IMG/VR virus record: IMGVR_UViG_3300023083_000001
Location: 14,199 to 78,198 of that record
DNA from: a virus
Strand: one strand, 5' to 3'
DNA length: 64,000 nucleotides
Shown here: piece after piece, positions 27,819 through 37,559 of the stretch
How the letters are laid out: every line of letters begins with the position of its first letter
How positions within the stretch are numbered: position 1 is the first letter of the stretch
Notes under the pieces: model-generated
Told to the model about the DNA's origin: nothing
What the model saw: the letters and a program-made list of their open reading frames with translations, nothing else
The model's database searches: none
Position numbers and translations under genes: made by a program

Positions 27819-28889
27819 ATGAAGGCTGATCTGCTCTATTTGGGTTTTGAAAACGCTGTGGCTCATGCACGCAACTTGGGTAAGGTTGCTAACTATCTGG
27901 AAGCCGTTCGCCTGGCTACCGGGTACGTGGTCATGAATCCTGCGTTGTTTGCCGATGGGTTTACGTGCGGCTACATCGGTGTGGATTCCCGGCGTGCCAT
28001 CGTGTGGCGTGGGATCAATGGTTGGGTCTGCATCCATGAGAGTCTGGAAGGTGTGTTAGAACTTGCACTAGACGACCAGTATCAAGTGGCGTTGGATAAA
28101 GCAGGTTCGGATGTTCGTGACTATACCCGTTTGATCATGAACATCATGGCCGGTGGTCTGCCCTTCGATACGCTGCTGGTCCTGCTCGATGCCAGCCTGG
28201 GTGATCCTACGATCCTTGAGAACAAGTTGCGTCCTCTGAGCGATGGGTTACGTGATGTGTTTGACGTCCTGGAAGCTCAGCTGGAGCGTTCTAACGTCGG
28301 TGACCCATTACTACGTCGCCGCGTGGAAGAAGAGCTTGCAGGCGCTGTGAGTACGTTCTACACCGACCTATCGTCGGACGTTCAGCTGCGCATCTTTAAT
28401 CAGGTGGCTACGCTGATCGAAGACGATCGTCGGTTTAACTCGTTAACCCGTCTGCAAGCGTTCCAGGACAAGAAGTCTACCGCTGTCTCCATGGAAGACG
28501 TTGCATCCCTGTTGGCCTGGATTCTGGAATACGCGTATCACCATTCGGTTCTCATCCCGATGTGGGATGCGGTGATCGCTCCACCTGATGCGCAATACAT
28601 TCCGTTACCGGATGCCAGTATTCGTACCGTCGGTGTGATGAGTCAATTAGGTAAGCTGCAACGTACTGACCCTGACTTCTCCACTAAAGTTCAAGCCATC
28701 ATGGATGTCGTCCAACTGGACAGTCGCTTTGGTGACTTCTACAACGACCATCCTGGCATGAACCTGTGGCGTGCCATGTACGATCGAGTACTGGGTATGG
28801 AAGGTGATGACGCAGCGAACGATCGTCTGTCGTGGCCTCTTTATCAGCTGTTGTTGCAATACGCGATCAAACACGAGATCGTGCATTAA
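27819..28889 (+). CDS. hypothetical protein, 356 aa
   Basis: ORF track. Confidence 0.5.
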   Translation: MKADLLYLGFENAVAHARNLGKVANYLEAVRLATGYVVMNPALFADGFTCGYIGVDSRRAIVWRGINGWVCIHESLEGVLELALDDQYQVALDKAGSDVRDYTRLIMNIMAGGLPFDTLLVLLDASLGDPTILENKLRPLSDGLRDVFDVLEAQLERSNVGDPLLRRRVEEELAGAVSTFYTDLSSDVQLRIFNQVATLIEDDRRFNSLTRLQAFQDKKSTAVSMEDVASLLAWILEYAYHHSVLIPMWDAVIAPPDAQYIPLPDASIRTVGVMSQLGKLQRTDPDFSTKVQAIMDVVQLDSRFGDFYNDHPGMNLWRAMYDRVLGMEGDDAANDRLSWPLYQLLLQYAIKHEIVH

Positions 28890-28890
28890 T

Positions 28891-28926
28891 GACATACAGC
28901 CCGGCTCAATGCCGGGCTGTATGCTG
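28891..28926 (+). terminator. extended-stem hairpin terminator
   Basis: GACATACAGCCCGGC-TCAAT-GCCGGGCTGTATGCTG. Confidence 0.6.
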
Positions 28927-28997
28927 TCTAGTCCAGTTAATTACAGTCACACATTCTTAGATTGAACAACATCCCTAATGTCCGTGGAGGACACGAA

Positions 28998-29345
28998 ATG
29001 AAATACCTGCTTCTTGCTCTCGCTTTGATTACTGGCTCTGCGCAGGCAAGTCTCCAATCCCAACCAGCACCTCAGGTAGAGATTACCGATGAGGATTGTG
29101 ATACGTTCAAACAAGTGTCTCACGACGCCGTTCTGTTTCGCAACGATGGCACCGCCGTACAAGTGGTTAAAGACACCATCGTCACCAACACCCTCAATGA
29201 AACAACCGAGTACAAGAAACTGTTACCCCGGATGTTCTCGTTGGTTGATAAAGCTTACTCGGACAAAACCAGCACTCCTGATAAAGAGTCTGAAGATACG
29301 TACATGAAATGCATGGACCACGTTTACGCCGGTACCGACTTCTGA
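28998..29345 (+). CDS. secreted protein with signal peptide
   Basis: MKYLLLALALITGSAQA; GTCCGTGGAGGAC hairpin presents the SD 5 nt before the ATG. Confidence 0.5.
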   Translation: MKYLLLALALITGSAQASLQSQPAPQVEITDEDCDTFKQVSHDAVLFRNDGTAVQVVKDTIVTNTLNETTEYKKLLPRMFSLVDKAYSDKTSTPDKESEDTYMKCMDHVYAGTDF

Positions 29346-29348
29346 CAC

Positions 29349-29387
29349 CCTCCTCCCTTCGGGGAGGACTCACCCTTCTTTTTTTGT
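29349..29387 (+). terminator. rho-independent terminator
   Basis: CCTCCC-TTCG-GGGAGG followed by T7. Confidence 0.7.
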
Positions 29388-29438
29388 TAATTCTTACCTG
29401 CTGTCGTATTCGTATACACCTACTTACGAGTACAGGTA

Positions 29439-29705
29439 ATGAATCTTTCAAAGATAGAAGTGACTCAAGAAATTGAGGCCGCTATACAAAGAGCTATGCT
29501 CCAAGACACATTGGCTAAGGCCGTTGCTGCGATCTCGCTGTGGGAACACTTACGACTGTGTCGCGAGATCCGTGACGGTATCCCGGTTACTTCTAACTTC
29601 TTGTACCTGGTCCAGCGTGTGATTCAGGAATACATCTGGGTATCTCCTAGCGATGCCAAGCTGTTTCCAGACGAGACCACCATTCACCTACCTAAAATGG
29701 ACTGA
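29439..29705 (+). CDS. hypothetical protein, 88 aa
   Basis: ORF track. Confidence 0.45.
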   Translation: MNLSKIEVTQEIEAAIQRAMLQDTLAKAVAAISLWEHLRLCREIRDGIPVTSNFLYLVQRVIQEYIWVSPSDAKLFPDETTIHLPKMD

Positions 29706-29770
29706 TCAACTTTATTTGGGTCCTACATTACCGGCTTGAGTTATACCTAGTCCGATATGGAGATCTGAAC

Positions 29771-29917
29771 AATGAACATCAGTCCTATCTTGCGTCAACT
29801 GAGTCTGTGTCTGGTCATCGCCGTAGCGCTGATTGGTATCGTCTTGATGGCTAAGGATTCCCGCCCTTCTGACTTAGGTCAGCAAATCGGCGGACAGATT
29901 CGCGCATTCAATAAATA
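29771..29917 (+). CDS. possible small single-pass membrane protein, 48 aa
   Basis: ATG 29771; hydrophobic core LCLVIAVALIGIVLM; not in the track (under 60 aa). Confidence 0.3.
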
Positions 29918-29928
29918 GAGGTTTTTCA

Positions 29929-30156
29929 ATGCCAGCTATTAAAGCATTCAAACGTCATCCGTCCATTCACAGCATCATGTACCTCACTGACCCAACCAAC
30001 GCGGTAATCTTGCGTGAAATTGAAGACAAGCAAGGGAACAAGAAGTGGGTACCGTGCCGTACTGAAGGCTATCCTAGCTGGAAGCATCGTTTCAAATGCG
30101 CCTGGCTGGTCTTTACTGGTCGGGCTGACGCATTGACTTGGCCCGAGGATCAATAA
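29929..30156 (+). CDS. hypothetical protein, 75 aa
   Basis: ORF track. Confidence 0.4.
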   Translation: MPAIKAFKRHPSIHSIMYLTDPTNAVILREIEDKQGNKKWVPCRTEGYPSWKHRFKCAWLVFTGRADALTWPEDQ

Positions 30157-30782
30157 TGATCGTTGTAAAGACTCGCAAAGAACTGACACGGCTCATTTCC
30201 AACTTCAGCGTTGAAATTCTGGAGTTCGGTGATGTTATCAAGGCGACTGGGAAATTAGGGTCGTTTGAATTCAGCTCCGAGTCTCACTTTGGTGGACCTG
30301 GTACCGCTGGTGGAATGGCTTCTATTCGTGATCGGGTAGCTGATTGCTTCTCGGAGATCGTTGATGGGGTGATGGAAGCCTTGCTTGACCGCGGCGAAAC
30401 CATTACCTATAACGGCGAGGAATTGAAATGGGAGGATGTCCCGCCCGCCCAACCTCCTGTTGCACTTTCCGTGGTTAAGACCCAACCAAACACTGAATGG
30501 GAGATAACGCCAATACGCAATCGCGCACCCTTCAAGATCGAAGTAACTCTTTTGGGCGTTAATTCGTTCCACGTGTTGACTACGTCGATCTTCGGTACCC
30601 CGGTGGACAGGCCAGCCTTACGTCCTTATGCCCATCAGGCGATTGAGATTATTGATCAACTGCCAACTACGTTGACTGACGGTTATCGTAGTCAGTTGAT
30701 CATCGACAACATCAACGCACATTTTGAAGGCACCGAGTACTTCCAAGGTGTCGTCATTAAAGATCTTCGAGAAAACGTATGA
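30156..30782 (+). CDS. hypothetical protein
   Basis: ATG 30156 overlapping the upstream stop; track alternative start 30138. Confidence 0.5.
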   Translation: MIVVKTRKELTRLISNFSVEILEFGDVIKATGKLGSFEFSSESHFGGPGTAGGMASIRDRVADCFSEIVDGVMEALLDRGETITYNGEELKWEDVPPAQPPVALSVVKTQPNTEWEITPIRNRAPFKIEVTLLGVNSFHVLTTSIFGTPVDRPALRPYAHQAIEIIDQLPTTLTDGYRSQLIIDNINAHFEGTEYFQGVVIKDLRENV

Positions 30783-31381
30783 CCAACGTCAGCACGATCG
30801 ACTCACCGCTCAACAACATGCGTCGTTCGGCGATAGCAGTTGAGCAACGATACCAGAACATGCTCGGTGCACTGCAACAAACGATTGTACTCGAGCCTAA
30901 TCACCTGGTGTTTCATCTGGCTGCACATTTGCTGGGCCAATACTTAGGTATAGCTAGCAAACATTGGGTAGCGGCTACCGACTTCCGATTAAAGATCGAA
31001 GACCCTGAGGATTACGGGGTGACTGTTAACAGCATCCTACTGGGTCAGGAAAAGAAGCTGGTTGTGGAGTTCACTTCAACTCAGTTGGGCGCTGCGTACA
31101 TTGGCCCTACAACGCCCTGGGGCGACATCATCGCTATTCGTGACCACTGGACGACTAAGTACGCCGAAGTTGTTCAACCGATGTCGATGTTCATCTACGC
31201 CGCCATTCAGTACTTTGAGATGCATGGGTGGCGGCTAGTGCAAAATAAAGCTGTACCGGGTGATGAGAAGTTCGACTGGGTCTGGTTAGATCCTAGCCGC
31301 ACGTACCTCATCACGATGAAGATTAATTACAGCACTCTACATGAAGATGGCGAGATGCTCAAACCACGAGTGAGTGAGTAG
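30779..31381 (+). CDS. hypothetical protein, 200 aa
   Basis: ATGA overlap with the upstream gene. Confidence 0.5.
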   Translation: MTNVSTIDSPLNNMRRSAIAVEQRYQNMLGALQQTIVLEPNHLVFHLAAHLLGQYLGIASKHWVAATDFRLKIEDPEDYGVTVNSILLGQEKKLVVEFTSTQLGAAYIGPTTPWGDIIAIRDHWTTKYAEVVQPMSMFIYAAIQYFEMHGWRLVQNKAVPGDEKFDWVWLDPSRTYLITMKINYSTLHEDGEMLKPRVSE

Positions 31382-31387
31382 ATACAC

Positions 31388-31558
31388 ATGGCTATTAAAC
31401 TGAGTCGTTCGTTCTTGAAAATAGCGCTCGGCGTTATCGCTGCTGCGTTCCTTACCCTCAATGTGTGGTACAGCTTTACTACGGTCGAACAAAGTGACCG
31501 TGCTGCCGTCGTAATGGGCGGTGTACCACCGATTGCCAAACAACCCACCAAAGAGTAG
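31388..31558 (+). CDS. 57-aa membrane protein homologous to the N-terminus of the downstream SPFH protein
   Basis: shares the leader GAGTAG(A/T)(T/A)ACACACATGG and the pattern M.I..(T/S)RS..K...TM...SF..VE(Q/E)..R..V..GG with gene 31568. Confidence 0.4.
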   Translation: MAIKLSRSFLKIALGVIAAAFLTLNVWYSFTTVEQSDRAAVVMGGVPPIAKQPTKE

Positions 31559-31567
31559 TAGACACAC

Positions 31568-32443
31568 ATGGAAATTCGTGAAACTCGTTCGTACTTCAAA
31601 CCCGTGATCCTTTCGGTGCTGGCGTTGATTATCCTCGTCGTTCTGTTGAGTAGTTTCTACAGTGTCGAGGAACAAAACCGCGGCATCGTCCTGAGCGGCG
31701 GCGCTTACACCGAGACGGTAGCACCCGGTCTTCACATGAAGATCCCGTTCTACCAAAAAGTTAAGATGCTGAGCACTCAGACTTGGACCGATACTTACCC
31801 CAAGCTTGAAGCTTACAGCAAAGACCGTCAAACAGCGACCATGCGGGTTTCCGTTACTTGGGCGCCGGTGTCTGACAAATTGGTTGATTTGTATCGGGAC
31901 GTACTGGATCTTCAGAACGTGACGGATCGGTATATCACCCCGTCAGTACCAACCCAGGTGGAAATCACCTTTGGTAAGTTCGAAGCTGAAACCTTCTCGG
32001 CTGATCGCGATAAGTTTGCACTGGCGTTGACGAACAACATCCGTGCGTTGGCCCCTCCATATATCAAGATCGCTTCGGTTCAGGTGGAGAACGTTGACTT
32101 CACTCCGGCTTACGAGAAGGCGTCTGAAGATCGCGCTGTGGCCGAGGTGGCGTCTAAGACGATTGTCCATCTGGAAGCCAAGCGTGTCGTAGAGCAGCGG
32201 ATCCAAGTAGCTCAGGCTAAAGCCGATGCTGAATCACAGTTGGCTAAAGCTAAAGCAGAAGCTGAAGGTATTGCGGTACGTGGTAAGGCTGAAGCTGAAG
32301 GCATCTCTGCCAAAGGCGCTGCGTTGCGTGATAACCCGATGTTGGTCGAACTGGCTAAGGCAGACAAGTGGAACGGCGTATTGCCTACTACCGTCCTCCC
32401 TGGCAACGCTACACCTTTCATCAGCCAGTCACTCGGTAAGTAA
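31568..32443 (+). CDS. SPFH/band-7 (prohibitin/HflKC-like) membrane protein
   Basis: N-terminal TM segment, SPFH core, C-terminal Ala/Glu/Lys coiled-coil AQAKADAESQLAKAKAEAEGIAVRGKAEAEGISAKG. Confidence 0.7.
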   Translation: MEIRETRSYFKPVILSVLALIILVVLLSSFYSVEEQNRGIVLSGGAYTETVAPGLHMKIPFYQKVKMLSTQTWTDTYPKLEAYSKDRQTATMRVSVTWAPVSDKLVDLYRDVLDLQNVTDRYITPSVPTQVEITFGKFEAETFSADRDKFALALTNNIRALAPPYIKIASVQVENVDFTPAYEKASEDRAVAEVASKTIVHLEAKRVVEQRIQVAQAKADAESQLAKAKAEAEGIAVRGKAEAEGISAKGAALRDNPMLVELAKADKWNGVLPTTVLPGNATPFISQSLGK

Positions 32444-32538
32444 GTAACACCCCCCCCCCTGTCCAATGACTGGGGGGTCTAAACGCCACCTAGGTGACAT
32501 CACTGTAGTAATGCTACCAACGTAGCGAGGAGTTTCCC

Positions 32539-32937
32539 ATGGAAACTGTAGAAATTGTAGAAGTAAAAGAACTGACCTTGCGTCAGATGCGGGCGTTGTC
32601 TTGCCTGCATATTTTGCAACAACTGGCAGTTCAGAAACGCACAGTCCCCTACGAGGCCATGGCAGTGATTCTTGGTTTGCCTCATAAAGGCCAGGCGATG
32701 GTGGGAGCGATCTCACAGGTGCTGTATGACGTGTTCGATCATTGTCGGATGACAGGTCACCCACACTTGACTGTGCTGGTAGTGCGCAAGTCTGGTAAGG
32801 ACGTGGGGTTGCCAGGCCCTGGGTTTTGGAAAGTTTGGGCTAAAGATGGGGCGATCCCGGACTTCCATACTCGGGTAGAGCAGACCGAGTTGATGACCGG
32901 TATGTGCTACCGCCTCTACGATCATCTCGGCAAGTAA
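32539..32937 (+). CDS. hypothetical protein, 132 aa
   Basis: ORF track. Confidence 0.45.
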   Translation: METVEIVEVKELTLRQMRALSCLHILQQLAVQKRTVPYEAMAVILGLPHKGQAMVGAISQVLYDVFDHCRMTGHPHLTVLVVRKSGKDVGLPGPGFWKVWAKDGAIPDFHTRVEQTELMTGMCYRLYDHLGK

Positions 32938-32943
32938 CATCTA

Positions 32944-32980
32944 ACGGGTGGGGTAATTCCCACCTGTTGTTTTATTTTTT
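32944..32980 (+). terminator. rho-independent terminator
   Basis: GGGTGGG-GTAATT-CCCACC followed by a T-rich run. Confidence 0.6.
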
Positions 32981-33003
32981 ATTTAACCAGATGGATTTTA
33001 TTT

Positions 33004-33276
33004 ATGAGAACTAAAATCGATTGGCCTGATACCAGTCGTGAGTTAGACGGTATGGACAGGTTCTGCGGAGGTCCTTCTCACGAGGACTATGATGCGGCTA
33101 CTTACTACGGCTGGATTAAGCCTTTAGTAAACCGGGCGATTCACAATCTCGAACAAGAGATCGACCAACTCAGGTTTGAAGTCCAGAAATTGGTTGAAGC
33201 TAAACCAAGGCTTCGTTTCCACCCCGAACTACAGTTGTGGTACGTGGTGTCAAAGGAGAATCAAAGTGGCTGCTAG
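33004..33276 (+). CDS. hypothetical protein, 90 aa
   Basis: ORF track. Confidence 0.4.
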   Translation: MRTKIDWPDTSRELDGMDRFCGGPSHEDYDAATYYGWIKPLVNRAIHNLEQEIDQLRFEVQKLVEAKPRLRFHPELQLWYVVSKENQSGC

Positions 33277-33754
33277 AGGTATCGCATTAATCATTGTCGG
33301 GCAGCTAGGTGGAAACGTCTGGCCTCTCAACGTAGAGATCACCTCTGAGACGAACAACCTGGACGTACGCAACCGTTCGGTGATGTTCTTCCCCGAGATC
33401 TCGGACTACCCGACATTGGTTGAAAAAGAGTTATTGTTCCGAGCAGAAGTACCGAAACTGTGGTACGTACTTCGCAGTAAGCCACCCGCTACTAAAGATG
33501 GGTTGGAAGTTTGGCAACCAGATATTCCGATCGAAGAACCAAAACCTGTTGAGATTCTGTTCCACAACGTCGGCTCTTACAAAGGTGCTTATGGTGAGTA
33601 TGATGTCATCATCATGGAACCGACCGGCGTTGAAGTGATGTACAAAAACCGCAACACTGTATTGGGTGGCCGCACCCTACCCCAAATAGCGTTCGATGAC
33701 CTGGATCTAGATCTGAGTCAAATGTTGTTGGACGCATGGAAACGTTTTCAATAA
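33265..33754 (+). CDS. hypothetical protein
   Basis: GTG 33265 with AAGGAG SD; the track ORF starts at 33176. Confidence 0.45.
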
Positions 33755-33774
33755 ACCAAAAAGGAAGCAGTACG

Positions 33775-34137
33775 ATGTCGAAGATCCCTTTGAGTAAAGC
33801 AGTAGGTCAGATCCAGGACACGTTTAACAAGGTAGGTGTTACCACGTATAGCCGCTACATCAAGGGCGAACACTTGACCTTCTTCACCGAAGGTCTGAAG
33901 ACCCGTGGTTGGCCTGAGTTGATGATAGATCACAGTAGTCAGCTTCTTGCTGATCTGACCATCGCCACTGTTCTGGAAGAATGGGAACGCCGTGGTGGTC
34001 CATTCACCGGCGATGCTGAATACACAGTCAGCAAGAACATCCTCAATCTGAAGTCAGAGTACAGCACGCATTTGGGGATCAAGTACATCAAGGTGTCGCT
34101 GATCCCCAAAGCGCAGTTGATGAAGAAAACTGGGTAA
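33775..34137 (+). CDS. hypothetical protein
   Basis: ATG 33775 after AAAGGAAG; the track ORF starts at 33736. Confidence 0.5.
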   Translation: MSKIPLSKAVGQIQDTFNKVGVTTYSRYIKGEHLTFFTEGLKTRGWPELMIDHSSQLLADLTIATVLEEWERRGGPFTGDAEYTVSKNILNLKSEYSTHLGIKYIKVSLIPKAQLMKKTG

Positions 34138-34142
34138 CGACG

Positions 34143-34173
34143 GCATACAGCCCCGGCACTGCCGGGGCTGTAG
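34143..34173. terminator. bidirectional extended-stem hairpin between convergent genes
   Basis: GCATACAGCCCCGGC-ACT-GCCGGGGCTGTAG. Confidence 0.55.
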
Positions 34174-34179
34174 TTATGC

Positions 34180-34719
34180 TTACGCTGGATCGAACCCATT
34201 CATGACCAGAACGGTGACTACGTTACCCAACGGGATGTCGGTGTCAGGTGTGGTCAACTGGATGTTCAGCGGATTGCCGACATACAACGAACTGTTGGCA
34301 AGTGGCGTCACTGTCACGGAGACAGATGTATCGTCTTCGTTAGCGGGCAAACCAATGTCACCCCCACCTACCGCTGTTACAGTGATCTGAGATTCCATCA
34401 GACCCAACGCAGCTGCCACTTTGGTCTTACGCTGCGCTTGAGTGTCAGCCGGGAAAATCGAGATCGAAGCTGGCAGTGGGTTCACACCTTGGTTCACGCC
34501 AAGTCGGTTGTATTTGATTGTTACACTTTGCGAGTAACCCATGTTAGCTTTTGCTGTCACGGTTACTTGACTGTTCTTACCACTCGCATCACCAGTGAGT
34601 GCCTGTACAGGACCTACTGTGATCTTGTCCAAAGTCACCGTGGATGCAGCACTAGGGTTTGCATCGTGGATCAGCGCGAGCATGTTCTCCGCGATAGTCT
34701 TACTGAGATTAATCTTCAT
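34180..34719 (-). CDS. structural (tail-fibre/adhesin-module) protein, 179 aa
   Basis: N-terminal roughly 80-aa module shared with genes 34735..35934 and 61337..61858. Confidence 0.5.
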   Translation of the reverse strand: MKINLSKTIAENMLALIHDANPSAASTVTLDKITVGPVQALTGDASGKNSQVTVTAKANMGYSQSVTIKYNRLGVNQGVNPLPASISIFPADTQAQRKTKVAAALGLMESQITVTAVGGGDIGLPANEDDTSVSVTVTPLANSSLYVGNPLNIQLTTPDTDIPLGNVVTVLVMNGFDPA

Positions 34720-34734
34720 TAAAGTATTCCTCGT

Positions 34735-35934
34735 TTAGGCAACCAAGCCTTTTATCTGCGTGGAGTTATTTCCTGCAATAAACGTGACGGTCTTGCCGTT
34801 CAAGTTAATCGCCTTCCCAGCAGCACCGCCTGGGAAGTTGGTAATGGTGGTTGAGCCAGCCGTTCCAAACGTGGCCACTCCCGCAGTACCCGCAGCGCCT
34901 GGCGCGCCGCCGTTACCACCTTTACTGTTCTGCGTCGTATTGCCAGTGTTCGTACAGACTGCACCGTTCCCGCCTGCTGTGGATGTCCCTACCGTGGGTT
35001 GACTGGTTACTGTACCAACTGTCATGACTGCGGTCCCTGTACCTATGGGACCTGCGGAGACGCCTGAACCGCCGCCACCGGCCGCACGCAAATACCCTGA
35101 CCCTAGTCCGGCAAGACCAGGCCAGCTTTGAGCACAACCACCGCCACCACCGCCACCACCGAATGTTTTCCCGGTACCGGTATCGTAACTGAAGTTCATT
35201 AGCGCATTGATTGCATCTCCACCGGGTAGGCCCGGTCCTGTGTAAGGACCACCTTGTCCGCCCATCCCCTGGATAGTACCTTTGTTAATCAGCGTCATTA
35301 CTGACCCTGTTGGTAATACCCCGATGGTTAAAGCAGGGCTTGAAGTAGACGTGCTACCGATCACACCAGTGATAGTCAGTCTATAATCAGCGATCGCAGT
35401 TGGCGAGTTCAGCAGAGTTAAAGTATTGAGGTTGTTACCGATACCTGAATACGTTACTTCTACGATAGGAAGTGTCATTTTCAGCGTAACTGTTTTACTG
35501 GCTGTTGTTAGGAACAGCTTCGAATTGTTCTTGGCGGCAATGGTCACGTTGACTGTTTGATTAGTCAGGGTGGGTAATGTAATTGGTACGCCTGCGTTGA
35601 TAATGAACTCTGAAGAGAGCACACCCATTGCAGCGACCAATCTCGCTGTCACCGCAGCGATCGTATCAGCTTCTGCAACCACCCAGGTATCTGCCATTGC
35701 AGGAAAAGCCTGAGCGAACGATAATCGTCTGTACGCTATCGTGACACTGTCCCGGTAGCCTTTGTTCTTTATAGCCGTCACAGTGATCTTACTGTTGCTG
35801 ACTCCAGAGGGGTCAGTGAAAGCAACCGGATCACCAAATGTCACAAGTTGATCAGTCATGGGTTTTGTAGGATTTACTTCATTCATGAGAAGAAGTAAGT
35901 TCGGGACTACAGCCTTGGTCGGATCGATCTTCAT
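34735..35934 (-). CDS. tail-fibre-like structural protein with Gly-rich region
   Basis: GGGGGGGG and GGGGSGVSAGPIGTGTAV stretches; same N-terminal module as above. Confidence 0.6.
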   Translation of the reverse strand: MKIDPTKAVVPNLLLLMNEVNPTKPMTDQLVTFGDPVAFTDPSGVSNSKITVTAIKNKGYRDSVTIAYRRLSFAQAFPAMADTWVVAEADTIAAVTARLVAAMGVLSSEFIINAGVPITLPTLTNQTVNVTIAAKNNSKLFLTTASKTVTLKMTLPIVEVTYSGIGNNLNTLTLLNSPTAIADYRLTITGVIGSTSTSSPALTIGVLPTGSVMTLINKGTIQGMGGQGGPYTGPGLPGGDAINALMNFSYDTGTGKTFGGGGGGGGCAQSWPGLAGLGSGYLRAAGGGGSGVSAGPIGTGTAVMTVGTVTSQPTVGTSTAGGNGAVCTNTGNTTQNSKGGNGGAPGAAGTAGVATFGTAGSTTITNFPGGAAGKAINLNGKTVTFIAGNNSTQIKGLVA

Positions 35935-35993
35935 GACCTTACTGACTTCCTTATGGGGTCTTTTGACATACTATTTTTTAAGAGGTGTATATG

Positions 35994-36170
35994 AAACGTA
36001 ACTTATTGTACGCTGCGGTTGCATTATCACTGGCTCACACGACTATTACAATGTCGTCTGTCTCGTGGTCCAACTTCCACACGCCTAAACATCCTGACGA
36101 ACACAAACATCGTAAAGACATCGACCGTCACGGCATGCCTCGTAAACGTAAGAAAGGGAGTACGCACTAA
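35994..36170 (+). CDS. small basic peptide (paralog 1)
   Basis: ends ...HRKDIDRHGMPRKRKKGSTH. Confidence 0.35.
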   Translation, partial: KRNLLYAAVALSLAHTTITMSSVSWSNFHTPKHPDEHKHRKDIDRHGMPRKRKKGSTH

Positions 36171-36333
36171 TGTTCAAATCCGGTACCGAAACTCCTGAGC
36201 GGTATTACGACCCTGAACCAGAGCAGTGTCAGCAGGATGACGAAGTCAAGAAGCCTGCGTTCTACCGCCATGATCTCAATCTTAACGGTGTTCCTGGCCG
36301 TAAGAAGAAAGGTCACCACAGTCGCCATTCCTA
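36170..36333 (+). CDS. small basic peptide (paralog 2)
   Basis: ends ...YRHDLNLNGVPGRKKKGHHSRHS, the same C-terminal pattern as the adjacent gene. Confidence 0.35.
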
Positions 36334-36348
36334 ATCGAGGATAGTTCC

Positions 36349-36858
36349 ATGGTAAACGATCGCGACATGCGTGATGCGAACATGTTGTTGGATATATACG
36401 GTCCTCGCATGACAGCCACCAAGCCGGAGCGAAACCCGCCTTGTGTAATGCGGGGTGTGTCTGAAGGTATCTACCCGATAATGGAGCGATGGGCTTTATC
36501 TCCAGATGCCCAAGTCACGTTGCAGTACGCTACCGGTCCAGAAACACAAGTGGTGGTCTTGGTTACAGGTCCAGAGCATCGTACAGGTCAAGTACATGAA
36601 CTCATGCGATTGATGAATGAAGAACATCCGCAATATGAATTCATTGAACTTGGACGAAATATGTTCGAGGAATTGCAGGCGTACGAGGAACAGATGAAGA
36701 TCCCGCGCTCGATGATGTTTGAGATCGACAGTATCTCACCGCCAGACAGAGTGCTTTCTGCTAAACACATGAATAAGTCTTACTTTTACCGGCCACGTAG
36801 CGAACGTGTTCCTCACATGAAGCGCGCTGGTTTCGATAAACAGCGTAAACCGTATTAA
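36349..36858 (+). CDS. hypothetical protein, 169 aa
   Basis: ORF track. Confidence 0.5.
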   Translation: MVNDRDMRDANMLLDIYGPRMTATKPERNPPCVMRGVSEGIYPIMERWALSPDAQVTLQYATGPETQVVVLVTGPEHRTGQVHELMRLMNEEHPQYEFIELGRNMFEELQAYEEQMKIPRSMMFEIDSISPPDRVLSAKHMNKSYFYRPRSERVPHMKRAGFDKQRKPY

Positions 36859-36867
36859 GGAGTACCG

Positions 36868-37497
36868 ATGCCGCATTCACTGTATCGCCCCTTGGCTCCT
36901 ACCGATCTGGTAGATGCTGAGATCACTGAACTCTCACCTATCCCAGCTGAGGGTAATCCTTATCTGCACGACCCTATTCGTAGCGGATTGGGATTACCTA
37001 AAGGCTGGGAGATCATGTACGAGACCAGCAAACCTGGTGCGCTCGAAGAACTGATCCTGGTCAACTGGAAAAGCGGGCAGCGTTTGAAGATCGACTTCAC
37101 ACCCAAACATTTACAGTTGGCTGACATCATCGAAAGCGGTAAACACCGCGACAAACGCGCTGTCTCCGGCGTACTGTACTTCGCTGAGATGGGTGACGGT
37201 GATCAGATCCTTTGGAAGTGTGTGGATGATCTCGACAGAAGTGGGATTGAAGAATTCCTCTACGCACTCTGGTGGGGTGAGCGTGGGATGTACTTCGTCA
37301 AAGCTACGTTGTTTGTAGACACGACCAAGTTCCCGCGCGAATTCCTGACGTTCAGTGAAGATCCCAAGTTCGACCCTAACCGGATGTACCCCAACGACGT
37401 AGCTCGTATTCAAGCGATGTTGGATCAGTACAAACCCGGCGAACCTCCAACAACTGCTAACAACGTCACTGCAAAACCGTTTGGTTTGAACGAATAA
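36868..37497 (+). CDS. hypothetical protein, 209 aa
   Basis: ORF track. Confidence 0.5.
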   Translation: MPHSLYRPLAPTDLVDAEITELSPIPAEGNPYLHDPIRSGLGLPKGWEIMYETSKPGALEELILVNWKSGQRLKIDFTPKHLQLADIIESGKHRDKRAVSGVLYFAEMGDGDQILWKCVDDLDRSGIEEFLYALWWGERGMYFVKATLFVDTTKFPREFLTFSEDPKFDPNRMYPNDVARIQAMLDQYKPGEPPTTANNVTAKPFGLNE

Positions 37498-37499
37498 GA

Positions 37500-37528
37500 C
37501 GGCGGGGGTTATTCCCCGCTTTATGCCC
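37500..37528 (+). terminator. hairpin terminator-like element
   Basis: GCGGGGG-TTATT-CCCCGC followed by TTTATGCCC. Confidence 0.5.
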
Positions 37529-37559
37529 AATGTATAAAACCACGAATTAGGATAATTGC

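Noticed and set aside
35090-35180. Poly-G/Gly-codon tract considered as a simple repeat or slippage site
   Set aside because: It lies in-frame within the tail-fibre-like gene and encodes a Gly run typical of fibre proteins. No evidence of a frameshift.
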